Assembly: GCA_020726335.1 (NCBI GenBank)
Contig: DYSU01000028.1
Span: 1 to 32,492, forward strand
DNA from: Thiomargarita sp.
GTDB lineage: Bacteria > Pseudomonadota > Gammaproteobacteria > Beggiatoales > Beggiatoaceae
DNA: 32,492 nucleotides
Direction: 5' to 3'
Shown: positions 1 through 12,659 of the stretch, piece by piece
Position numbering within the stretch: position 1 is the first letter of the stretch
Layout of the letters: every line of letters starts with the position of its first letter
Program-made: the position numbers and the translations under genes
Notes under the pieces: model-generated
Told to the model about the DNA's origin: nothing
The model's database searches: none
The model's input: only the letters and a program-made list of their open reading frames with translations

Positions 1-31
1 ATCTTGTTCTATTTGGTTTTCTTTTGTCATG
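1..31 (-). other. Possible 5' end of a minus-strand gene running off the window (ATG at 31, only about 10 codons visible)
   Basis: The reverse complement of 1-31 reads ATG ACA AAA GAA AAC CAA ATA GAA CAA GAT with no stop. The fragment is too short to identify. Confidence 0.15.
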
Positions 32-141
32 ATCAGCCCAGAAATTCTTATATTTCACGACTCAGGGATAAAGTCAAAGCACGGGTGAGTTGGTTTAATT
101 GCCTGCCACCTATTTTTTATCATAGGCTTTGCGCTGTATCA

Positions 142-1089
142 TTATTGTAAAATAAATTCAAGCATTTCAACAATTTCTTGATGACCTGCGCGTTTAGCGC
201 GTTGTAATGCGGTTTGTCCACCTTGGGTTTTTAAATCAGGCAACGCCCCTTTTTGCAACAACACATTGACCACCGCTTTGTGGCCATTGCCTGCCGCTTC
301 CATCAAGGCAGTGAAGCCATCGTTATCGGCAATATTGGGGTCTGCACCGTGGTTGAGCAAATCAGCAACAATATCATCGCGCCCTGTTTCTGCCACCCAA
401 ATCAATGCGGTTGCGCCTGATTTGTCTTGTAAATTGACATCGGCCCCTTTTTCAATCAGCAAACCAATGACATCTTTCATGCCTTTTTCTGCGGCGCGAA
501 TCAGCGGCGTAATGCCGTCTTTATTGGCTTGGTCAGGATTGATTTTTTCGCTGTAGTGAAACAAGGTTTCAATCACTTTCCTGTGGCCTTTTTCAATCGC
601 CACCAACAAGGCGGTATCGCCATTGCGGTCAGAAGCCCCAGGGTCCGCTTCAAAGGCCAGCAATTGCGCCACCACCAAATCATAGCCCAAACGCGATGCA
701 ATCATTAATGAATCCCAGCCTGCACGGGTTCGGTCATGGACGTTTGCACCCATTTCAATCAACATGGCCGACAACTCAACAAAACCGTTCTCAGCGGCAA
801 AAGTCAATGCGGTATTGCCTGAGCTGGTGCGGGCATTGATGTCTGCCCCTTTGGACAATAAAATCACCGCAACATCAATGCTGTTGGCTTCGGTGGCACG
901 CATCAAAGCGGTTTTGCCAAATTGGCTGGTGGCATTGACATCTACACCTTGCGCTAACAAGGCTTGAATTTTGGCGACATCATTGGCACTGGCCGCTTCA
1001 CGCAATTGCAAGCCCAAATCTTCGTTGGCTGTGGCGGCAAAACTTAAAAATAAACCCAAGAAAAACCCATATAATGTTATTTTTTTCAT
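142..1089 (-). CDS. Secreted ankyrin-repeat protein (about 8 ANK repeats) with a Sec signal peptide
   Basis: The N-terminus MKKITLYGFFLGLFLSFAATA-NE is a signal peptide with an AXA site. ANK consensus recurs throughout, e.g. GxTALMxAxxxGxxxxVxxLLxxGADxNA. The start is ATG at 1089. Confidence 0.8.
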   Translation of the reverse strand: MKKITLYGFFLGLFLSFAATANEDLGLQLREAASANDVAKIQALLAQGVDVNATSQFGKTALMRATEANSIDVAVILLSKGADINARTSSGNTALTFAAENGFVELSAMLIEMGANVHDRTRAGWDSLMIASRLGYDLVVAQLLAFEADPGASDRNGDTALLVAIEKGHRKVIETLFHYSEKINPDQANKDGITPLIRAAEKGMKDVIGLLIEKGADVNLQDKSGATALIWVAETGRDDIVADLLNHGADPNIADNDGFTALMEAAGNGHKAVVNVLLQKGALPDLKTQGGQTALQRAKRAGHQEIVEMLEFILQ

Positions 1090-1182
1090 ACTCTAACCTG
1101 TCTGTTTTCTTATTTTAAAAGAGCCTGTCTCGTTAAGATATAACATACTCATTACACGCAATCATCGATTAAAAGGGGGGTT

Positions 1183-1758
1183 TCATTTTTTAGTGTTGTC
1201 TGTGTTTGCGTCAGTTGCTGTTTCTTCAGGCTCTTCGGGCAACTCATGGGCAATGCCTTTGTGGCAATCAATACAGCTTTTGCCTTCTTCTGTTGCGCGG
1301 TCGTGTTTTTTGCGTGCTATGCGGTCCTGTTCACTGAAATCCATGTGTTCAAAGTCATGACAGCTTCGACATTCGCGTGAATGGGTGGCTTTCATTTTGT
1401 CCCAAACCCGATTGGCCATTTCCCAACGGCGGGCTTCATATTTTTCGGGGGTATCAATGGTGCCAATCAATTCGTGCCACACATCTTTGGCGGCGAAAAT
1501 TTTGGCTTTCATTTTGGGCAAAAAGGCTTTCGGCACATGGCAATCGGCACAGCCTGCATGTACGCCCGTCACGCCACGCCAATGTACCCGTTCTTGCAAT
1601 TCGGTTAAATTGGTTTTCATGCTGTGACAAGAAGTACAAAATTCGGTGCGATTGGTTTGTTCTAACGCAAAATTAAAACCGCTGATGGCTAAAACAGCCA
1701 CAATGAAAATTGTGACTGTGCCGAGCAACCATTTTTTACCTGAGGGGAACATTGACAT
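1183..1758 (-). CDS. NapC/NirT/CymA-family membrane-anchored tetraheme cytochrome c (quinol dehydrogenase-like)
   Basis: The protein has an N-terminal transmembrane helix (LLGTVTIFIVAVLAISGF). It has four CxxCH heme motifs (CTSCH, CADCH, CRSCH, CIDCH) with family-typical spacing. The start is ATG at 1758, preceded by AGGAGAtttAAGGAAA. Confidence 0.85.
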   Translation of the reverse strand: MSMFPSGKKWLLGTVTIFIVAVLAISGFNFALEQTNRTEFCTSCHSMKTNLTELQERVHWRGVTGVHAGCADCHVPKAFLPKMKAKIFAAKDVWHELIGTIDTPEKYEARRWEMANRVWDKMKATHSRECRSCHDFEHMDFSEQDRIARKKHDRATEEGKSCIDCHKGIAHELPEEPEETATDANTDNTKK

Positions 1759-1798
1759 TTTCCTTAAATCTCCTATAGATAATGAATATTATTGCGGT

Positions 1799-2545
1799 TT
1801 ATTTCTGATTTAATTGATAATTTTCATTGTGAAAACGCACAGCCGATTTGAAATCTGGACTAAAATCAGGGTTGCGCCAATTGGGCTGAGCCAATTTAGC
1901 TGCGTCAGCTTTCAATCGAGATGCGTAATCAACCACGGCGGTGATGTCGCGCCCAGTAAAATTGTGAATTTGTTGCACCATGGTTTTGTTGGCGTTGCGC
2001 CGCTTACCCAGTTGAATCCAGCGCATTTGGCGCAATAAATAATGATAGCTCTGGCCTTGTAACCGTGGATAAAATTCTCCGTTATTGCCTTCGCCGTTTT
2101 CGCCATGGCATTTAACACAATGTTCTTGATAGATTTTTTTGCCGTATTCCAAATCGCGGCCAAAGCCCACTTCATTGTTGGGATTCATTGGCAATTGCGA
2201 TAAATAGGCGGCAATATCGGTCATACATTGCGCACCGCCCATGGCTTCTTGGCTGGCAAAAGGTAACATGGTGGGGTTGTCTCGATTGCCTGCGCGAATA
2301 TCGGCCAATTGCTTGATGATCACATTGGGGTGTTGGCCTGCCAACTGGGGATAATGGCCGGTCAGCGTTCCCCAAGCTTCAGCACCGTGGCAAATGGCGC
2401 AGTTGTGATACACTTTCCGGCCATTTTCGATATTTGGTTTTAACGATAAAGCTTCGATTTGTTCTGCAGTGGGTTCAGTTGCCCAAGCGATTTGGAAATG
2501 GCTGAATACGATCGCAGCCAAGATAGTCAAACGTCTATCCTGCAT
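1799..2545 (-). CDS. Diheme c-type cytochrome, cytochrome c4-like, periplasmic
   Basis: There is a signal peptide. Two CxxCH motifs are present (CAICH, CVKCH). YPQLAGQ- and YPRLQGQ-type motifs are typical of c4/c553-family diheme cytochromes. Confidence 0.8.
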   Translation of the reverse strand: MQDRRLTILAAIVFSHFQIAWATEPTAEQIEALSLKPNIENGRKVYHNCAICHGAEAWGTLTGHYPQLAGQHPNVIIKQLADIRAGNRDNPTMLPFASQEAMGGAQCMTDIAAYLSQLPMNPNNEVGFGRDLEYGKKIYQEHCVKCHGENGEGNNGEFYPRLQGQSYHYLLRQMRWIQLGKRRNANKTMVQQIHNFTGRDITAVVDYASRLKADAAKLAQPNWRNPDFSPDFKSAVRFHNENYQLNQK

Positions 2546-2631
2546 AGTGATTCTCTAAGGATGGTATGAATTCAAAAACCTGTTGTTCATAAACTCAAAC
2601 AACAGGCTTCATCTATAGCTGGATAGACCCG

Positions 2632-3939
2632 TTAGCCAAAAATATCATGGGTAATGTTGGCAAACCAACTGTACGCATAGTGTACTTCACGGGCTTTTTG
2701 TTCAGGTGTGGCATCGGCTGGGGTTAAACCACCTGAAACTTGGGTGATGGTTTCACCTTCCAAACGATACACGGCAGTCACAGAAATACCATAGTTAGGG
2801 CCGATGATGCTGTAACAGGTATTGACATAGGCAGGTGTCACCATTTCTTTGCCTTGCAAGGAAGCGATCACGGCAGTGGCACACACTTTGGCTTGTGAGC
2901 TGGCAGAATAGGCTGATTTTGGCATGTCAGTGGCAATACATGCGTCGCCAATCACATACACGCCTTTATGCACGCTTGATTCAAAGGTTTGTTTGTTGAC
3001 AGGACACCAACCTGATTCATTGGTCAAACCCGCTTGGTGTGCAATTTTGCACGCCACTTGAGGCGGGATCACATTCAACACATCGGCTTTGATGACATCT
3101 TCCATTTCGCCTGCGGTCACGGTTTTGGTTGTGGCATCAATTTTAACCACTTTACCACCGCCGCTGGCGGGCCGCCATTCAATCAAACTGCCTTCATTTT
3201 TGCCATTTTGCTCAATATCATAGCCGTATAACTCTTTCCAACCTTGGGTAAATAAACCTTGTTTGGAGAATTTATCACTGGCATCTAAAATCAATACTTT
3301 AGATTTGGGTTTGTTGTTTTTCAGATAATGCGCGATTTGGCTGGCACGTTCATAAGGTCCAGGTGGGCAACGGAAAGGGCTGGTGGGTGGGCAAATGACC
3401 ACAGTGCCACCGTCGGCCATTTCTTCCAATTGCTTGCGCAATAACGCTGTTTGTGGACCTGCTTTCCATGCGTGCGGAATGGTTTCAGAGGCTTTTTCAT
3501 CGTAACCTTCAATTGCATCCCATTTAAAACCGACACCAGGGGAAACCACAATGCGGTCAGCGGTAAAATCACCCGATTTAGCGGTGGTCACTTTTTTGGT
3601 GGCCGCATCAATGGCGGTGACTTCATCAATCACCACTTTAACGCCATGTTTGCCTAAACCGTCGTAGCCAAATTTAATGCTGTCTAAACTGCGGTCGCCG
3701 TTCAACACTTCATTGCTCATAAAACAAGTGTGGTAATCGGCATTTTTTTCAATCAAGGTCACTTCAACAGAAGGGTCAGCCATGCGAATGTATTTGGCTG
3801 TGGTTGCACCACCGACCCCTCCACCGACAACCACCACTTTTTTGCCTTCACCTTTGGCAATAAAAGGGATGCCAGAAAAGCTGATTGCAGCGGTGCTGGC
3901 AGATAATTTTAAGAAATTTCTACGAGTTATTTGCGTCAT
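2632..3939 (-). CDS. fccB: Flavocytochrome c sulfide dehydrogenase, FAD-binding flavoprotein subunit, Tat-exported
   Basis: A twin-arginine signal is present ([14 protein letters not shown]). The FAD fold motif [16 protein letters not shown] is present. Overall length matches FccB/SoxF-type sulfide dehydrogenases. The ORF-track start at 3954 is a TTG. I prefer the in-frame ATG at 3939, which is preceded by GGAGG with an 8-nt spacer and puts the RR motif near the N-terminus. Confidence 0.85.
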   Translation of the reverse strand: MTQITRRNFLKLSASTAAISFSGIPFIAKGEGKKVVVVGGGVGGATTAKYIRMADPSVEVTLIEKNADYHTCFMSNEVLNGDRSLDSIKFGYDGLGKHGVKVVIDEVTAIDAATKKVTTAKSGDFTADRIVVSPGVGFKWDAIEGYDEKASETIPHAWKAGPQTALLRKQLEEMADGGTVVICPPTSPFRCPPGPYERASQIAHYLKNNKPKSKVLILDASDKFSKQGLFTQGWKELYGYDIEQNGKNEGSLIEWRPASGGGKVVKIDATTKTVTAGEMEDVIKADVLNVIPPQVACKIAHQAGLTNESGWCPVNKQTFESSVHKGVYVIGDACIATDMPKSAYSASSQAKVCATAVIASLQGKEMVTPAYVNTCYSIIGPNYGISVTAVYRLEGETITQVSGGLTPADATPEQKAREVHYAYSWFANITHDIFG

Positions 3940-3956
3940 ACTGTTTTCCTCCAAAC

Positions 3957-4577
3957 TTATTTGCGGCTACCGTAAAAATGAATCACGTTGTCAATGGCAC
4001 CATCGCCTTCTTTTTGCACCATTTTTTCGATACGTTTTTGCATTTTTTTCGGCATTTCACGCGCACCCGATTGAAAATCTTCCATCGCATAGTGCAAATA
4101 AGGCATCCATTGACCGGCTAAAACGCCTGCACCGTCTTCATCTTTGGTGCCTTCTTCAACGTGGCATTTTTCACAATATTCTTTGTGTAATTTTCGACCT
4201 GCATCCGCTTTAGCGGCATCTGCATTTTGGGCAGAAACGAGTAAAGTTTGTTTAGAAAAAAAATCGCCCATCGCTTCAAAATCAGCATCTGCGTAACCTT
4301 GGGCAATACGGTTCATGATAGTCCCTGAACGGGTACCCTCTTTATAAGCTTTCATCGCGTCTACCAAAGTGTCTTTGCCCATGCCTGCAATCGAAGGGCT
4401 GGCAGGTCCAAAGCTTGAACCATTGGTGCCGTGGCAACCTGCGCAAGTATTGCCCAACATCACACTGTCTGCCCCCGATGCGGCCAAGGCTTTATCTTCG
4501 GCAACTGCCGCATTGATATGTAAAACAAATCCTGCGGTTAAAAGCAAAGTAGAACCCAGTGCTTTTTTATTTATCAT
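3957..4577 (-). CDS. fccA: Flavocytochrome c sulfide dehydrogenase, diheme cytochrome c subunit
   Basis: There is a signal peptide. Two CxxCH motifs are present (CAGCH, CEKCH). The gene sits immediately upstream of fccB in the canonical fccAB order. A strong SD (GAGGAGG) precedes ATG at 4577. Confidence 0.8.
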   Translation of the reverse strand: MINKKALGSTLLLTAGFVLHINAAVAEDKALAASGADSVMLGNTCAGCHGTNGSSFGPASPSIAGMGKDTLVDAMKAYKEGTRSGTIMNRIAQGYADADFEAMGDFFSKQTLLVSAQNADAAKADAGRKLHKEYCEKCHVEEGTKDEDGAGVLAGQWMPYLHYAMEDFQSGAREMPKKMQKRIEKMVQKEGDGAIDNVIHFYGSRK

Positions 4578-4939
4578 ACATGCCTCCTCAATGGCGCTGT
4601 GTCATACATACTTTAAAAACCTCAGTAAAAACACCTTTTTTCTAAAAAAGACCAACCAACTGTTTTAAACTGAAATGGTTTCTATCAACAAAATTAAGCC
4701 GCCACAGAATACATGAAAACAAACTATTGAGCCAGTTTTTTTGCTAAAAAAATCAATAACCACAATTAATTAATGGAAATGTATTTTTAATATAAGTATT
4801 TAATACTATGTAAATATTATGATATAACATTTATTTTTGCTGTAATAAAAACCTTACTTATTGTATTTTTTTAGTCAAACTGATTTTTATCGCAAAAATG
4901 AGGGGTTATTGTAAAAAACACCTGATAAAAAAAGGGTTT

Positions 4940-5554
4940 TTAGGCTTGAATTTGCTGGATAAAATTTTTAACCAACTGATTTTTAAGTTTCATTGCGGCT
5001 TTGTTGACCACCAGCCGTGAACTGATGTTTGCAATATGTTGTTTAGGCTCTAACCCATTGGCGCGCAAAGTATTGCCTGTGTCCACCACATCGACAATAT
5101 AATCGGCCAAATCCACCAACGGCGCAAGCTCCATAGAGCCATATAATTTGATGACCTCCACTTGCAAGCCTTGTTGGGCAAAATAATTTTTAGTCACGTT
5201 GACATATTTGGTGGCAATGCGTAAGCCGTTGCACAACGGCAAAGCCTGTTGTTTGGGGCCAGCCAACATCAGTCGGCAACGGGCAATGCCCAAATCGACA
5301 GGCTCATAAAGATTGGGGCTGTCGTATTCCAATAAAGTGTCTTTGCCGACAATTCCCATGTCTGCCGCGCCATATTCGACATAAGTCGGCACATCAGTGG
5401 CGCGGATGATGACCAATTTAATGTCCGCTTGATTGGTGTCCAAAATCAATTTGCGCGAGGTTTCAGGGTCATCGACAGGATGAATATGGGCTTTGGCTAA
5501 AATGGGCAAACATTCTTTAAAAATACGGCCTTTGGACAATGCAATTTTTAACAT
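4940..5554 (-). CDS. hisG: ATP phosphoribosyltransferase, short form (about 204 aa)
   Basis: The N-terminus [19 protein letters not shown] is characteristic of short-form HisG, as is the length. It lies adjacent to murA, as in many proteobacteria. Confidence 0.85.
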   Translation of the reverse strand: MLKIALSKGRIFKECLPILAKAHIHPVDDPETSRKLILDTNQADIKLVIIRATDVPTYVEYGAADMGIVGKDTLLEYDSPNLYEPVDLGIARCRLMLAGPKQQALPLCNGLRIATKYVNVTKNYFAQQGLQVEVIKLYGSMELAPLVDLADYIVDVVDTGNTLRANGLEPKQHIANISSRLVVNKAAMKLKNQLVKNFIQQIQA

Positions 5555-5569
5555 AAGCTGTTCTTAACA

Positions 5570-8526
<2,957 letters not shown>

Positions 8527-8535
<9 letters not shown>

Positions 8536-8549
8536 GCCAAGTGCCTCTA
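8527..8549 (-). terminator. Weak terminator-like hairpin after the cytochrome c4 gene
   Basis: An 8-bp stem (TAGAGGCA/TGCCTCTA) closes a 7-nt loop. It lies 14 nt after the c4 stop. On the minus strand a T6 run follows after a 10-nt gap. Confidence 0.3.
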
Positions 8550-8562
8550 TTTATTGATGGGT

Positions 8563-9183
8563 TTAATGACCCAGACCAGAAATATACGCGGCGACCGCTT
8601 CCATTTCAGTGTCGTTCATTTTGCTGGTGATGTCTTGCATGATTTGGGTTGAAGGGCTGCCTGTGCGGCTGCCATCACGAAAAGCTTTTAATTGTTTGAC
8701 CACATAGGCCGCTTGTTGGCTTTGAATTTGAGGATAATTGGCCGCAGGATTGCCCATGCCTTTTTCACCATGACAAGCCGCGCAAGCCATTAAATTTTTT
8801 GCCAAATCACCGCCATGATAGATTTTTTTACCCACTTTATTGTCACTGGGCGCACCCAAAGTCAACTTTTGACGGGAAAAATGGGCGGCTAAATTGGCCA
8901 TGTCTTGTTCGGTCAATGGTTCAACCATCGGTTGCATGGAAGGGTCAATGCGGGTTTTGCTTTTAAATAATTTCAACTGGTTGACGATATAATCAGGATG
9001 TTGGCCTGCTAATTTTGGAAAGATCGGAACAAGGCTGTTGCCGTCAGCCCCATGACAGGCAGCACAAGTGACCGATTTTTCCTTACCTGCGGCAGCATTG
9101 CCCGCCATTTTAACCGCAATATCTGTGGCGAAAACGGCATGAGAAGCGGCTAAAATACTCAGGGCTAAAGTCAATTTTTTCAT
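8563..9183 (-). CDS. Cytochrome c4 (diheme, periplasmic)
   Basis: There is a signal peptide. Two CxxCH motifs are present (CAACH twice). FPKLAGQ and YPQIQSQ motifs are diagnostic of cytochrome c4. Confidence 0.85.
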   Translation of the reverse strand: MKKLTLALSILAASHAVFATDIAVKMAGNAAAGKEKSVTCAACHGADGNSLVPIFPKLAGQHPDYIVNQLKLFKSKTRIDPSMQPMVEPLTEQDMANLAAHFSRQKLTLGAPSDNKVGKKIYHGGDLAKNLMACAACHGEKGMGNPAANYPQIQSQQAAYVVKQLKAFRDGSRTGSPSTQIMQDITSKMNDTEMEAVAAYISGLGH

Positions 9184-9376
9184 TGTAAAATTCCACTAAG
9201 ACAAAAGGGAGCGACAACATGCTGACACATCATCAATTCCTGACTTTCCAAAAGACCAAATAGAAGTTTGGCAGTATAACATTATTCTTTATAAACGAAC
9301 AGTTACAAATTACATCGAAAAGCATTGCTACAGTGGCGGTAAAACGATGAGTCAGCGACAAACAGCAAGGCATTCA

Positions 9377-10411
9377 TTAGGTGTATTTCCTACCAAAATA
9401 CAAAAAAGGTTTTTCAATCAACGTGTAAGACACGTACGAAACGAACAAAATAATAGGCAAAGTGAACAGAAAAAAGAGCATGAGCTTATTGAAAAAAGGA
9501 TCACTGAATAAGTGAAGCCGTTGAACAACACTGTTGTCGATAGCGGCCAAAATCATCACATGCAACAAATAAGTTGAATAACTGATGCGACCAAATAAAG
9601 CCAACGTTTTATCTAAAAAAGAAGGCAAGCAAATAATATCCGATAAAAAATAACCCCATATAATACCCGCATAACAAACGGCTTCAAGCGTTAAGCTATA
9701 AATCGGATGATGAGCTAAATTTTTATTATAAAGCCCAACCAAACCAATGACAGACACGATTAATATGGCAAAATTAAGCCGTGAGCCAAAAAGCGATTTT
9801 TTATAAACATACAACCAAGCCGCTAACATCCCTATTATAAATTGATCAATACGCCCAAATAAAGTGTGATAATAATCCCAATAATTCGGATTAATCCCAA
9901 AACTGGTCAACGTTCTGAATAATAGAAAAAGAAAAATAAGCCCTAACAAATACTTAACCCCATTCTGATGTAGAAATAATATCAGAAATGGAAATATTAA
10001 ATAAAATTGAAACTCAACTGCAATCGTCCAAGTAGGGCCTGATATTGGCACAATGTCATGCCCAAAACCCGTACCCGATGGACTGAGATTGCTCTGTAAC
10101 AATAACAAAGAAAGCAGGTCATGGGCTTGAAAACGTGTTCTACCCAAAGAAAGCATGATAAAAAATACCACGGTAAACAGCGGAAAAATACGAATAAACC
10201 GCTTAAAAATAAATCGATTATAAGACAGTGGTTTATTGCCCGCTTGCACAATAATGGTTAAAATAAAACCGCTCAACACCATAAATAAACTGACACCCGA
10301 ATTGCCAAAAGCTCTTGGCACAGCAAAGGAATGGGCAAGGATAACCAAGAGTGCAGCATAAAAGCGCAAATGGTCTAATTTTGGAAAATAATCAATAGAT
10401 TGACTTTGCAT
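9377..10411 (-). CDS. Acyltransferase family 3 (OafA/YrhL-like) integral membrane O-acyltransferase
   Basis: The protein is polytopic. The N-terminal FPKLDHLRFYAALLVILAHS motif is typical of acyltransferase_3. The gene is visibly AT-richer than its neighbours. Confidence 0.75.
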   Translation of the reverse strand: MQSQSIDYFPKLDHLRFYAALLVILAHSFAVPRAFGNSGVSLFMVLSGFILTIIVQAGNKPLSYNRFIFKRFIRIFPLFTVVFFIMLSLGRTRFQAHDLLSLLLLQSNLSPSGTGFGHDIVPISGPTWTIAVEFQFYLIFPFLILFLHQNGVKYLLGLIFLFLLFRTLTSFGINPNYWDYYHTLFGRIDQFIIGMLAAWLYVYKKSLFGSRLNFAILIVSVIGLVGLYNKNLAHHPIYSLTLEAVCYAGIIWGYFLSDIICLPSFLDKTLALFGRISYSTYLLHVMILAAIDNSVVQRLHLFSDPFFNKLMLFFLFTLPIILFVSYVSYTLIEKPFLYFGRKYT

Positions 10412-10432
10412 AGCATCAAAACACCCTGTTTT

Positions 10433-11506
10433 TTAAGTCACTTGGTGATAAGGCACGCTTAATTCATGCACGGCATCAATCATTGCTTTGGCGTGTTCAG
10501 GGTTGATTTGTGGATGAATACCGTGACCTAAGTTGAAAACATGACCACTGCCTTGGCCATAATCGGCGAGAATTTTGCCCACTTCAGCACGAATACGCTC
10601 AGGCGAGGCGTACAAAACGCAGGGGTCTAGGTTGCCTTGCAAGGCGACTTTATTGCCAACCTGTTGACGCGCTTGGCCGATGTTGATGTTCCAATCCAAA
10701 CCCAAAGCGTCGCAACCTGTGTCTGCCATGGCTTGTAGCCATAAACTGCCGCCTTTGGTGAATAAAATGGCAGGCACACGCAGCCCATCTTGTTCCTTGG
10801 TTAAGTTATTGACAATCCTTTGCATATAGGCCAGCGAGAAGCTTTGATAATCGGCTGTGGTCAAAACCCCACCCCATGTGTCAAAAATCATCACCGCTTG
10901 TGCGCCTGCCGCGATTTGTGCATTCAAATAAGCACTCACCGCATCGGCCAAAACCGCAAGCAATTGATGCGCCAGTGCAGGCTGTTGATACATCAACGCT
11001 TTAATTAAACTGAAATTTTTACTGCTGCCGCCTTCCACCATATAAGTGGCCAACGTCCATGGACTGCCCGAAAAACCAATCAATGGCACACGGCCATGCA
11101 ATTCACGTCGAATCAAACTGACCGCATCCAGCACATAAGACAATTTTTCAGCCATATCGGGAACGGTCAACGCCTTAATATCGGCGGCGGTTTTCAGTGG
11201 CCGTTCAAACTGCGGGCCTTCGCCTTCGGTAAAATACAATCCCAAACCCATGGCATCGGGAATGGTCAAAATATCTGAAAATAAAATCGCCGCATCCAAA
11301 TCGAAACGCGCCAACGGTTGTAATGTGACTTCACAAGCCAGCTCTGGGGTTTGACACAAATTGAGAAAACTGCCCGCCTTGGCGCGAGTGGCTAAATATT
11401 CAGGCAAATAGCGTCCTGCTTGGCGCATCATCCAAACAGGTGTTTTATCAACAGGTTGGCGCAACAAAGCGCGTAAAAAGCGGTCATTTTTCAAAGTATT
11501 GTTCAT
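10433..11506 (-). CDS. hemE: Uroporphyrinogen decarboxylase
   Basis: [37 protein letters not shown] is the HemE signature. I moved the start to ATG 11506, 22 codons downstream of the ORF-track start, to match the conserved N-terminus and avoid overlapping the next gene. Confidence 0.9.
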   Translation of the reverse strand: MNNTLKNDRFLRALLRQPVDKTPVWMMRQAGRYLPEYLATRAKAGSFLNLCQTPELACEVTLQPLARFDLDAAILFSDILTIPDAMGLGLYFTEGEGPQFERPLKTAADIKALTVPDMAEKLSYVLDAVSLIRRELHGRVPLIGFSGSPWTLATYMVEGGSSKNFSLIKALMYQQPALAHQLLAVLADAVSAYLNAQIAAGAQAVMIFDTWGGVLTTADYQSFSLAYMQRIVNNLTKEQDGLRVPAILFTKGGSLWLQAMADTGCDALGLDWNINIGQARQQVGNKVALQGNLDPCVLYASPERIRAEVGKILADYGQGSGHVFNLGHGIHPQINPEHAKAMIDAVHELSVPYHQVT

Positions 11507-11556
11507 AATTTTTAGCAGGTGAAAAAAGTCAATAGTATCATGCTTTGCCGCAATGC

Positions 11557-12600
11557 TTAAATCACCGCCCATTCACCGCGAATTTCGGCCACAGACAATG
11601 GCTTAACCTCAAGAATTTGCTCTGTTTTATCAGGATGTTGCACGCTGATGGCCACTGATTCGGCATCGCGCCCTTGACCAAAACGGGCCACGATTTGTGC
11701 TGCCAAGCGCAAATCATCTTCATCGGCTGTGCCATCCAGCAAGGCCAATGCGCTGGCGTGGTCTATGGCTCTGAGGGTGATAAATTGGTGTTTATAGCCT
11801 TGTAAAAAATTATTTTCGCCTTCTTCTCGGCCAATAATCAGCTTAAAATGCGGACGTGGACGCAAATGTCGCCCGACTTTAAGCAACATGATGTCATCAA
11901 ATGAATAATCACGGCTTTGACGGTGTTGCCATAAATCCACCAATTTATGGCTGTATTGTGCATCCGTGAGAAAACAACAGCCGCCCGCAGGCTGGGCATA
12001 ATCAACAAAACCATAGCGTTTGGCCAGCGCAATCTGTGGTTTACGGCCACGACCGTGAAAATCGCCCAGCAATTCGCGCTCAACCCAACCTTCACGCTCG
12101 GGCAAGGTTTCGGGCAATAATTTGGCTGACAAAGGCCGCAATAAACGCTCGGTTGCACCCGATTGTTTGGCCACCACAGGCAACTTGTTTTTTAATTGCG
12201 AATGGGGGCGTTGACCGATGACTTCCCCCGTGATGATGAAATCAAACCGCTGGCGTTGTAGCCACTCATGGGCTTTTTTCACCATAAAAACTTTACAATC
12301 CAAACAGGGGTTCATGTTCGCACCATAACCATGGCGTGGATTGAGCAATACACTTTTATATTCTTCAATTACATCAACAATATGCAGTTTAATCCCCAAT
12401 TGTTCTGCCACCCACAGCGCATTATTGCGTTTGGGTTTTTTTAGCTCATGTTTGCGAATCGCATGGGTATGGCCTTCTATGCAAAAACCCGTGAAAAAAT
12501 GAATGCCTTCGACATGAATGCCTTGGTCTTGAATCATTTTGGTGGCCAACAGAGAATCTAAACCACCAGAAATCAATGAAATGGCTTTGCGTTGTGTCAT
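11557..12600 (-). CDS. PP-loop superfamily ATPase, MnmA/ThiI-like putative tRNA sulfurtransferase, specific family unresolved
   Basis: The N-terminal PP-loop is [12 protein letters not shown]. The downstream NPCLDCK and ITGE motifs align with the MnmA layout NPD..C and ATGHY. There is no THUMP or rhodanese domain. The length is 347 aa. Confidence 0.5.
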   Translation of the reverse strand: MTQRKAISLISGGLDSLLATKMIQDQGIHVEGIHFFTGFCIEGHTHAIRKHELKKPKRNNALWVAEQLGIKLHIVDVIEEYKSVLLNPRHGYGANMNPCLDCKVFMVKKAHEWLQRQRFDFIITGEVIGQRPHSQLKNKLPVVAKQSGATERLLRPLSAKLLPETLPEREGWVERELLGDFHGRGRKPQIALAKRYGFVDYAQPAGGCCFLTDAQYSHKLVDLWQHRQSRDYSFDDIMLLKVGRHLRPRPHFKLIIGREEGENNFLQGYKHQFITLRAIDHASALALLDGTADEDDLRLAAQIVARFGQGRDAESVAISVQHPDKTEQILEVKPLSVAEIRGEWAVI

Positions 12601-12611
12601 GTTCTTGTCCC

Positions 12612-12659
12612 AAAAAAGAAGGCTTGTAATCTGAGAAAAACCCCAGTTTTACAAGCCTT
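12612..12659 (-). terminator. Intrinsic-terminator-like hairpin plus U-run, 12 nt upstream of the PP-loop gene start codon
   Basis: A perfect 11-bp inverted repeat (AAGGCTTGTAA at 12619-12629, TTACAAGCCTT at 12649-12659) has a 19-nt loop. On the minus strand it is followed by C + T6 (plus-strand A6 at 12612-12617), then GGGACAAGAAC-ATG. Confidence 0.45.

Noticed and set aside
266-967. Plus-strand ORFs of 96 and 67 aa inside the ankyrin gene
   Set aside because: They are antisense to a gene with a clear signal peptide and ANK repeats. Their translations are Ala/Ser/Pro-rich.
1098-1133. Direct repeat CCTGTCT(G/C) x2 between the ankyrin and napC-like genes, considered as a terminator or binding site
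   Set aside because: The repeat is direct, not inverted, so there is no stable hairpin. It is too short to distinguish from chance, so I left it unannotated.
1377-1676. Cluster of plus-strand ORFs (99, 75 and 80 aa) and a 61-aa minus-strand ORF within the NapC/NirT gene
   Set aside because: They overlap a gene with four clear CxxCH motifs. They have no starts with an SD and their composition is unremarkable. They are six-frame noise.
3940-3954. TTG start for fccB at 3954 ([12 protein letters not shown]...)
   Set aside because: The in-frame ATG at 3939 is preceded by GGAGG with an 8-nt spacer. It places the twin-arginine motif at the position typical for Tat signals. The TTG would start only 2 nt after the fccA stop with no SD.
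11507-11572. 22-codon N-terminal extension of hemE ([12 protein letters not shown]...)
   Set aside because: The conserved HemE N-terminus begins at [11 protein letters not shown] (ATG 11506). The extension would overlap the upstream gene's 3' end and is unconserved.
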